Part shown: positions 57,599 through 64,000 of the stretch, piece by piece | Position numbering within the stretch: the first letter of the stretch is position 1 | Layout: each line of letters starts with the position of its first letter | Source: Minisyncoccota bacterium | GTDB lineage: Bacteria; Patescibacteriota; Minisyncoccia; Phycocordibacterales; Phycocordibacteraceae | NCBI GenBank assembly: GCA_018062445.1 | Contig: JAGOSG010000003.1 | Span: forward strand, 29,842 to 93,841 | Reading direction: 5' to 3' | DNA length: 64,000 bases | Program-made: the position numbers and the translations under genes | Notes under the pieces: model-generated | What the model was told of the DNA's origin: nothing | Seen by the model: only the letters and a program-made list of their open reading frames with translations | The model's database searches: none

Positions 57599-59008
57599 AT
57601 GATATATCATACAGAGTTTTTCAAGAGTTTTTTTGTTCGAAATGTCGTTCCGATACTCTGCATTGGGATTGTTGTTGGCGCAGGAGCGTATTCGGTACTG
57701 GTGCCTGAAAAACTTCATTCGATTTTTGAAGACTCAGTTGATACTAGTGTTGTCATTGAAGGCGTTGTAGTGAGAGACTCTGACCAGCGTGAACGCACCA
57801 CACACCTTGTTGTGAAAGTGCAAAAGTTGAATGGTGTTTCTGTTGCAGAAAAAGTACGAGTACTTCTCTTTGCGGATTCGTTTGAGACTGCCGTCTATGG
57901 TGATCGCATTAGTGTAAAAGGAAAACTTAAAAAACCTGAGCCTTTTGAAACTGACTCAGGGCGAACATTTAATTATCCAAAGTATCTTCGTGCACATAAC
58001 ATTCTCTACACCATTTCATTTCCGCAGGTTACGAAACTGGCAACAGGAGAGGGGCATCCAATTGTTGCGGGACTTCTATCTGTTAAACATTTATTTATTA
58101 AAGGAATTGAGCGTGCAGTTCCAGAACCTCAATCCGCACTTCTTGCGGGTTTACTTCTCGGTGAAAAACAATCGCTCGGAGAAAAAATAACAGGGGCATT
58201 TAGGAATGCTGGCGTGGTGCACATTATTGTTCTCTCTGGCTACAACGTTGCGCTCGTGATTCAGTGGATTTCTTTTGTTTTTCTAAAAATATTTTCACGC
58301 AAAGTTGCATATAGTTTCTCTGCGGTTTTTGTCATTGGCTTTGCAGTGATGACTGGCGGATCTGAGACAACTATTCGCGCACTCATCATGGCACTCTTAA
58401 TGATGGTTGCAACTGTTTTGCATCGGCCAAAGGCAGCACTTCGTATGCTCGCAATTGCGGCAGCGGTGATGGCTCTTTGGAATCCATACATTGTTCTTTA
58501 TGATCTTTCGTTCCAGCTCTCCATTCTTGCAACGCTCGGACTTATACTCTTTTCTGAAACAATCGCCAGTCGTTTGAAGTTCATTCCCGATTTTAGATAT
58601 TTCCCATTTCGTGAAATTGTTTCAACTACTCTTGCAACGCAGGTGACGGTGTTGCCACTTCTTATATTTTCTATCGGGGCGGTGTCATTAGTTTTTTTGC
58701 CAGCTAATGTTTTGGTTCTTCCTGCAGTTCCGATTGCAATGTTTGTTGGATTCTTTGCATCAATTATCTCACTTGTCTCTCCGGTACTTGCTTTCCCGTT
58801 AAGCATTCTCGGTTATGGAATTCTTTCCTATATTATTTCTATAGCAACATTTTTCGGCTCATTGCCGTTTGCATCACTCCCTATTCCACGAGAGTGGATG
58901 TGGCCACTTTTGATGATACTTGGATTTTTGTATGGAGTGGCAGGCTTGTTGTTTTTGCGTCTTAGGAAGGGAAACGCGATTGAACCACAGCGCCATTCAA
59001 ATTTTTAA
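57599..59008 (+). CDS. comEC: ComEC/Rec2-family DNA-uptake channel protein (DUF4131 plus competence domain; lacks MBL domain)
   Basis: N-terminal OB-like DUF4131 region then polytopic Competence domain; 469 aa. Confidence 0.8.
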   Translation: MIYHTEFFKSFFVRNVVPILCIGIVVGAGAYSVLVPEKLHSIFEDSVDTSVVIEGVVVRDSDQRERTTHLVVKVQKLNGVSVAEKVRVLLFADSFETAVYGDRISVKGKLKKPEPFETDSGRTFNYPKYLRAHNILYTISFPQVTKLATGEGHPIVAGLLSVKHLFIKGIERAVPEPQSALLAGLLLGEKQSLGEKITGAFRNAGVVHIIVLSGYNVALVIQWISFVFLKIFSRKVAYSFSAVFVIGFAVMTGGSETTIRALIMALLMMVATVLHRPKAALRMLAIAAAVMALWNPYIVLYDLSFQLSILATLGLILFSETIASRLKFIPDFRYFPFREIVSTTLATQVTVLPLLIFSIGAVSLVFLPANVLVLPAVPIAMFVGFFASIISLVSPVLAFPLSILGYGILSYIISIATFFGSLPFASLPIPREWMWPLLMILGFLYGVAGLLFLRLRKGNAIEPQRHSNF

Positions 59009-59537
59009 AGAATGCCTCTATATAGGTCTTTTTTTCGGCTGGAGTGTAGTCCACCATGTAGGCGTGTTCCCACATATCAAGAGCGAGGATTGTCTTTGTG
59101 TCATTGAGTTGTCCTAGCTCGTGGTCAGCAACAAAGTGAGTGATGAAGTTTTTGGTGGTCGCATCATATGAAAGCAGTGCCCAGCCGATGCCTCGCATCA
59201 TTCCGACTGCTTTGAATTCGTTCTCCCAAGATTCATATGAGCCATATTGCGCCGCCAGCGCATCTTTCAGAGGGTCTTCGATAGGGGTGGGCGTTCCCTC
59301 CCACTGTGAGAAGTAGTGTTCGTGCATTCGCATGCCGTTCCACTCAAATCCGATGCGTCGAGTTACTTCAGCGAGAGCGTATGCATTTTTTTCAGAATCT
59401 TTTTTTAAGTCTACAGCAGTTTCCTCAAGTGTGTTTAAGAATTTTACATAGCCCTCATAGAGCTTGATGTGTACTTCCAGCTGTTTTGGCGAAATACCGT
59501 CTAAGTTTCCAAAGTTGAATTTTTTTGCAGTGTACAT
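58962..59537 (-). CDS. sodA: Fe/Mn superoxide dismutase
   Basis: DMWEHAY signature; convergent 47-nt overlap with the comEC 3' end. Confidence 0.85.
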   Translation of the reverse strand: MYTAKKFNFGNLDGISPKQLEVHIKLYEGYVKFLNTLEETAVDLKKDSEKNAYALAEVTRRIGFEWNGMRMHEHYFSQWEGTPTPIEDPLKDALAAQYGSYESWENEFKAVGMMRGIGWALLSYDATTKNFITHFVADHELGQLNDTKTILALDMWEHAYMVDYTPAEKKTYIEAFFKNLNGAVVQSRFPS

Positions 59538-59578
59538 ATGGGTGAGGGTATAGCGTTTAGGGGATAGGGTTTAGGGAA
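59538..59578. repeat. family B leader motif upstream of sodA
   Basis: atgggtgagggtatagcgtttaggggatagggtttaggg. Confidence 0.5.
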
Positions 59579-59623
59579 ACATCTTCTGAGTAGCTACTCT
59601 AGCCTTGGTGCCATTATATCATT

Positions 59624-60466
59624 GTGGGTATGGCACGCATTTTTTTGATCGGGCTACTCATTTTTGGGAACATTTTTGTCTGGACGGTTCCTATTCCCCA
59701 CGGACTCAAAGTTTCTTTTTTAAATATTGGGCAAGGGGATTCTATTTTTATAGAAGGTCCGACAGGCATTCAAATGCTTGTTGATGCCGGCCCCCCTGAT
59801 AAATCAGTGCTTAGAGAATTAGGAAGTGTGATGCCTATGTTTGATCGCTCCATTGATGCTGTTGTTGAGACGCATCCAGACCAAGATCATCTTGGGGGTA
59901 TTCCTGATGTGTTTGAGCGCTACAGGGTGGGAGCATTTTTGGAACCAGGAATTCCAAACGACACGAAAGCGACGAAAGCAACTGTTGTCGCAATCAAAAA
60001 GTCGGGAGTAAAAAATGTTGTTGCTAGACGTGGCATGCGACTCATCTTAGGTGGTGGTGCGTATGCAGATATTCTTTTCCCAGATAGAGATGTATCCAAG
60101 ATTGAAACAAACACGGGCTCCATCGTCATGCGTGTTGTGTATGGAAACACATCATTTTTATTAAATGGGGACGCTCCGCAGGTTATTGAAAAGTATTTAA
60201 TTTCGATTGATGGTAAAAATCTCCAGAGCACTATTTTGAAAGCCGGGCACCATGGTTCAAAAAACTCCAGTGCACCTGAATTTGTGAAAGTAGTTAATCC
60301 AGAGTACGGAATATTTTCTCGTGGATGCGATAATAAGTACGGGCACCCAGCACCTAGGGTTGTGGATCTATTTCAGAGTCTCGATATTCCTATTCTTGAT
60401 ACCTGCAAGAATGGCAGAGTCACTTTCCTATCAGATGGCCGTACTCTCAAGGTTGCCAAATACTAA
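59624..60466 (+). CDS. MBL-fold metallo-hydrolase (ComEC C-terminal beta-lactamase-like domain as separate gene)
   Basis: N-terminal TM; HPDQDH, GD, AGHHGS motifs typical of the ComEC MBL domain. Confidence 0.75.
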   Translation: MGMARIFLIGLLIFGNIFVWTVPIPHGLKVSFLNIGQGDSIFIEGPTGIQMLVDAGPPDKSVLRELGSVMPMFDRSIDAVVETHPDQDHLGGIPDVFERYRVGAFLEPGIPNDTKATKATVVAIKKSGVKNVVARRGMRLILGGGAYADILFPDRDVSKIETNTGSIVMRVVYGNTSFLLNGDAPQVIEKYLISIDGKNLQSTILKAGHHGSKNSSAPEFVKVVNPEYGIFSRGCDNKYGHPAPRVVDLFQSLDIPILDTCKNGRVTFLSDGRTLKVAKY

Positions 60467-60680
60467 CGGATGTTTAGGCAGGAACGCAAATCACACACTC
60501 ATTTCTTTTGTGCGAGAACATATATGCGGGACGTTCTTTGCTGCACAAATTGCAGACTCTCACTACCCACTCTTCAAGGAGTGAGCGGCTTCTGTTTGGT
60601 GGAAATCTTTTTTCTGACATATGTTTCACAATAAAAAAACTCCCTAACGTAAACGGCGTACCGTCTACCTTAAAGAGTGG

Positions 60681-60923
60681 TTAAATAATATTAGCTTTTT
60701 TGAGTGTCTTAAAAGCACCACGCTTCGCAATAGTCTTTACAGCACGAGCTGAAAGAAGAAGCGAGATATGCTTATTAAGCTCAGGCACAAAGATTTTGTG
60801 CTTTTGTAGGTTTGCCTTACGGCGCACCTTGCCGCATGGGTTGTACTGCGTCGCACGAGTGCGATTTGAATACCTCCCTCCGACGAGAGATGATTTACCA
60901 GTTACAGCGCATGCCTTAGCCAT
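60681..60923 (-). CDS. rpmB: 50S ribosomal protein L28
   Basis: MAKACAVTGK..; 80 aa. Confidence 0.9.
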   Translation of the reverse strand: MAKACAVTGKSSLVGGRYSNRTRATQYNPCGKVRRKANLQKHKIFVPELNKHISLLLSARAVKTIAKRGAFKTLKKANII

Positions 60924-60971
60924 AGTTTTTAGAGGATACCATCCTAAAAATGAAAAGTAAATCCCACGCTC

Positions 60972-61010
60972 AGAGTTTAGTTATTAGCCACTAGGGTTTA
61001 GGGACGATTC
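60972..61010. repeat. family B leader motif upstream of rpmB
   Basis: gagtttagttattagccactagggtttagggacg. Confidence 0.45.
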
Positions 61011-61017
61011 CTATTGG

Positions 61018-61734
61018 CTAGTTACTCTTCTCTAGGTACGCAACAATGGTACGACGCTTCCATGCACTTCCGTCAGCATGCTTGTGTTTGAAAGATTTTT
61101 CGATTTTGTGGATAGTGAAATAGGGCTCGAAGAACTCGCGCAGTGCCTCTTCTGTCCACACATATTCAGCCGTGTGTATTTCTGGGTGAATGTACATTCC
61201 CACCTCATCTCCTGGGCTTTCGCGAAGTAGGCGCTTGGCATGAGAATCGTCATCAAGAAGGAACGATTTAAAGAAAAGCCACCCTCCTGGTTTTAAGACA
61301 CGGAGTATTTCAGTTCGTAATTGTTCCCGTCCGGCAGTCTTCAAAACATGCGAGCTCATCATGTCGAGAGTGATAGTGACTGATGCATCTGGCAAGGGAA
61401 TTGGCTTCTCCATATCTTGTACAAAAAATTTGATAGGCAAACCTTCGCCTGCTTTTTTGGCGACAGTGATTGCTACTTCTGAAAGATCGTACCCGACGCC
61501 GCGCATACCAAATGTGTTTGCAAGATATATGAGGTTGCGTCCGTTACCGCATCCAATATCAAGTGCCTGTGCGGTTACATTAAGGAATTTTTTTCCATAT
61601 TCGCGCATCAAGAATCTTCCGAACTTTTCCAAGTCTTCAGATGGTTCGACAGAGAGTGCAAGGTGAGGATTTGCACCACCAGTGCGGTCTGATTTACCGT
61701 ATTCTTTATTCCAGAAATTGTTTTGTCGACTCAT
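61018..61734 (-). CDS. class I SAM-dependent methyltransferase
   Basis: ALDIGCGNGRN motif I; VLKPGGWLF post-I. Confidence 0.8.
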   Translation of the reverse strand: MSRQNNFWNKEYGKSDRTGGANPHLALSVEPSEDLEKFGRFLMREYGKKFLNVTAQALDIGCGNGRNLIYLANTFGMRGVGYDLSEVAITVAKKAGEGLPIKFFVQDMEKPIPLPDASVTITLDMMSSHVLKTAGREQLRTEILRVLKPGGWLFFKSFLLDDDSHAKRLLRESPGDEVGMYIHPEIHTAEYVWTEEALREFFEPYFTIHKIEKSFKHKHADGSAWKRRTIVAYLEKSN

Positions 61735-61737
61735 GAG

Positions 61738-61775
61738 AGTAGCTGTCAGGTTCTAGGTGTCAGCTTTCAGCTTTA
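61738..61775. repeat. family A repeat copy
   Basis: agtagctgtcaggttctaggtgtcagctttcagcttt; directly upstream of the methyltransferase ATG. Confidence 0.6.
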
Positions 61776-61798
61776 AATCTGAAATTTAACCTCTTTAA

Positions 61799-62539
61799 TT
61801 ATTTGAGAGCACCTTGGTGTCCGCGACTCCATTCGTAGAAGACTATTGCGGCGGAAGCGGCAGCATTTAATGATTCGGTGCGTGGATGTACAGGAATACG
61901 AAGCAACACATCGCAGAGACTTTCAGTTTTCTCACGAATGCCTTTTCCTTCATTCCCAACGATAAACAACGATGGTTCACTGAAAGATTCATCAATTAAA
62001 GATTGTGCGCCTTTACCTGCAAGTCCGTATGTCCAAAATCCTTTCTCCTTAAGAAGACGAATGGTTTGATTTACATTGCCAATAGTTACTAGAGGAATAC
62101 GGAATGCCATACCTGCTGATGTTTTTACAACCGCCCCTGTTATTGGAGCTGTTCGGTGTTCAGGGATTAAGACAGCGGAAAGTCCCATCGCTGCAGCGGA
62201 GCGAATTATTGCGCCTACATTGTGTGGGTCCTGCAATTCTCCTAGAAGTACCAATGCTGGCTTTTTAGAAATATTGAGTGTCTGTATGAATGTTTCAAAA
62301 GGAACCAAGAGCGCCTCGGTATCGATTATGGCGACGATACCTTGATGCACTGCATCGTTGCCCACCATATCGCTCCCTTTGAGTGTAGCGATAGTTATTT
62401 TTTTCTTCTCTAAAAGATTTTTTATTTTTTCATCATCAAAGACCGGCGAAAGGAAAACTTTCTTAACTACATGCGTGGCATGCTCGACCGCCTCAGCGAC
62501 GGCGTGCTTTCCATATATATAGACTTTTTCTCGTTGCAT
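61799..62539 (-). CDS. rlmB: 23S rRNA (guanosine-2'-O)-methyltransferase RlmB / SpoU-TrmH family
   Basis: N-terminal SpoU_sub_bind domain, LVLLGELQDPHNVGAIIRSA motif. Confidence 0.8.
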   Translation of the reverse strand: MQREKVYIYGKHAVAEAVEHATHVVKKVFLSPVFDDEKIKNLLEKKKITIATLKGSDMVGNDAVHQGIVAIIDTEALLVPFETFIQTLNISKKPALVLLGELQDPHNVGAIIRSAAAMGLSAVLIPEHRTAPITGAVVKTSAGMAFRIPLVTIGNVNQTIRLLKEKGFWTYGLAGKGAQSLIDESFSEPSLFIVGNEGKGIREKTESLCDVLLRIPVHPRTESLNAAASAAIVFYEWSRGHQGALK

Positions 62540-62560
62540 AGTGCGAGTGTAGCATCGAAG

Positions 62561-62614
62561 AGCTTTCAGGTGCCAGCTTTCAGCTTGGGTTAAAACCTGA
62601 CACCTATAACCTGA
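62561..62614. repeat. family A repeat copy in a divergent promoter region
   Basis: agctttcaggtgccagctttcagcttgggttaaaacctgacacctataacctga; between the rlmB and M50 protease starts. Confidence 0.6.
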
Positions 62615-62626
62615 TACACTATTCTC

Positions 62627-63256
62627 ATGGAATTCCTCATCGGCATCGTTATAGTTATTCTCTCAATAATCCTTCATGAGATTGCGCATGGCTTTGTAGC
62701 TAACTGGCTCGGCGATCCAACAGCGCGTTATGCGGGGAGATTGACCCTCAACCCATTGCCACATATTGATCCAGTAGGCTCAATTCTCATTCCGGGAATA
62801 CTTGCTCTAACAGGCTCCTCTTTTTTGATCGGATGGGCAAAACCGGTTCCTTATAATCCCTACAATTTAAAGAATCAGCGATGGGGAGAGGCGATGGTGG
62901 GGGTTGCGGGCCCGCTCACTAACATCCTCATTGCCCTTATATTTGGCCTTATTTTACGTTTTTCGGGTTCTTTGGGGCTTTCGGGGGCGATTCTCGGCAT
63001 ATGCGTAACCGTGGTATACGCCAATCTCGTGCTGGCAATCTACAATCTCATCCCAATACCACCTCTCGATGGCTCAAAAGTCCTCCGTTCTATCCTTCCA
63101 AGCAATCTCGCTGTCGCCTATGGACGCCTTGAAACCTCAATGTATGCGCTCGGCCCTTTTGGGCTGATTATGGTCAGCCTTGTTGCCATATACCTCTTAT
63201 GGCCGTACCTTTCGGGCTTTGTGCAGACCCTTTTCTCATTAATTGTTGGTACTTAA
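62627..63256 (+). CDS. site-2 protease family (M50) membrane metalloprotease, short form
   Basis: HEIAHG zinc motif in TM1; polytopic; LDG motif. Confidence 0.75.
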   Translation: MEFLIGIVIVILSIILHEIAHGFVANWLGDPTARYAGRLTLNPLPHIDPVGSILIPGILALTGSSFLIGWAKPVPYNPYNLKNQRWGEAMVGVAGPLTNILIALIFGLILRFSGSLGLSGAILGICVTVVYANLVLAIYNLIPIPPLDGSKVLRSILPSNLAVAYGRLETSMYALGPFGLIMVSLVAIYLLWPYLSGFVQTLFSLIVGT

Positions 63257-63711
63257 AAGCAGACTATTTAAAGACTATGGCACGCGAAGGGGTACAAAAA
63301 GGAAAGTGCGGGTACAAGAGATGTGGAACCTTAGGTTGGCACTACGGAGAATATGGGTTTCGGTGCTCAAAACACAAGCCCGCAGTGTAGATATTTTGGT
63401 GTTTCCTTATAAGGGCTCTACTTAAGCCTACTTTAGGCTGTCTGAGGTGAAAAACTTGACATGTGCTGTAGTTTTGGGTTATGTTGAACAATAATGAGAA
63501 TTTCACATGAGCGTCGAAACATAAAGCCTAGGTGCGGTGTTTGTGATGAGAGGGGTAAAAATTTCCAAGTTCGTTGGACTGATCGTGGATATCGGTGTAA
63601 AGCCCACTAGGATTTTAGGTATTTTGAAATAAAGAATAGCTCGCACTGTTGCGTTTTTGAGCCTTGCCTTGTATAGTATCCGAACTGCCCTTGCGCAGTT
63701 TTTTCGTAACA

Positions 63712-64000
63712 ATGGCTACAATAAATCAACTGAGGAAAAATCCTCGCAAAAAAACATCTCGCAAGACGAAAACCGTTGCTTTGTCGCGTGGTTTCAACGT
63801 ATTAAAGAATCGCCCTACCTTCTACCCTTCACCATTTAAACGAGGTGTTTGTACAAAAGTAACAACAAAGACTCCAAGAAAGCCAAACTCAGCTGTTCGT
63901 AAAATTGCTCGTGTTCGCTTAACAAACGGAATGGAAGTCACCGCATACATCCCTGGTGAAGGTCACAACTTGCAGGAACACTCAGTGGTTATGCTCCGTG
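63712..64000 (+). CDS. rpsL: 30S ribosomal protein S12 (5' partial, runs off window)
   Basis: [30 protein letters not shown]..; not in ORF track because no stop within the window. Confidence 0.9.
   Translation, partial: MATINQLRKNPRKKTSRKTKTVALSRGFNVLKNRPTFYPSPFKRGVCTKVTTKTPRKPNSAVRKIARVRLTNGMEVTAYIPGEGHNLQEHSVVMLR

Noticed and set aside
1-64000. Searched for CRISPR arrays, IS transposases, restriction-modification, toxin-antitoxin or other recognisable defence systems
   Set aside because: No regularly spaced direct repeats with unique spacers, no transposase/Cas/REase/MTase pairs found. The two SAM methyltransferases look like rRNA or small-molecule enzymes with no partner nuclease.

Overview
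The window is gene-dense, mostly on the minus strand, with about 45% GC and short proteins. It looks like a small-genome, uncultivated bacterium of the CPR/Patescibacteria type: SD-poor leaders, a lone hisG, a split comEC, 23S-IVS-type four-helix-bundle protein. This taxonomic call is inference.

Main content:
- 107-11160 (-): a type IV secretion-like module. It holds a VirB4 ATPase split into two ORFs 2 nt apart, a PrgI/VirB3-like protein, a 1202-aa VirB6/TrbL-like polytopic membrane protein with an ~800-aa charged tail, a 674-aa secreted Gly/Ser-rich protein, and bitopic and secreted partners. No relaxase, VirD4 or VirB11 is in the window.
- A four-helix-bundle (23S rRNA IVS-type) gene flanked by inverted repeats sits between virB3 and virB4.
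- Housekeeping genes: rsmA, uvrD/pcrA, LysM-M23 peptidase, comM, dksA/traR, pnp, an NYN-domain protein, rpsO, a xerD-like recombinase, xth, cca, yraN, purB, an ECF sigma factor with a putative anti-sigma partner, guaA, hisG, a TrpR/YerC-like repressor, an S1 protease, hup, rny, clpP, a TrmB-like regulator, tig, ppa, nusA, tpiA, pgk, a HIT protein, recJ, rnhA, sodA, rpmB, two methyltransferases, an M50 protease and the start of rpsL.
- 47606-53011 (+): a type IV pilus and competence block (pilB, pilC, three prepilin-like genes), plus comEC split into two genes around an antisense sodA.
- Four tRNAs: Arg-TCG, Gly-GCC, Pro-TGG and Trp-CCA.

Unusual non-coding structure:
- Three tRNAs (Arg, Gly, Trp) are each followed by a ~150-nt structured element. 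Its ends copy the neighbouring tRNA acceptor strands and the 3' T-arm half, and all three share a conserved core.
- Two dispersed short-repeat families sit immediately upstream of many start codons: a ~35-nt 'AAGCTGRAAGCTGACAGCTGGAACCTGACACCTA' unit and a 'CCCTAAACCCT / TAGGGTTTAGGG' unit.
- A perfect 32-bp palindrome occurs twice, bracketing the TrpR-like gene and the zinc-ribbon-hisG pair.
- A TTTCACGTGAAA palindrome occurs twice at yraN.
- The pilB leader can fold into two mutually exclusive structures.

No CRISPR array, IS transposase or recognisable defence system was seen.
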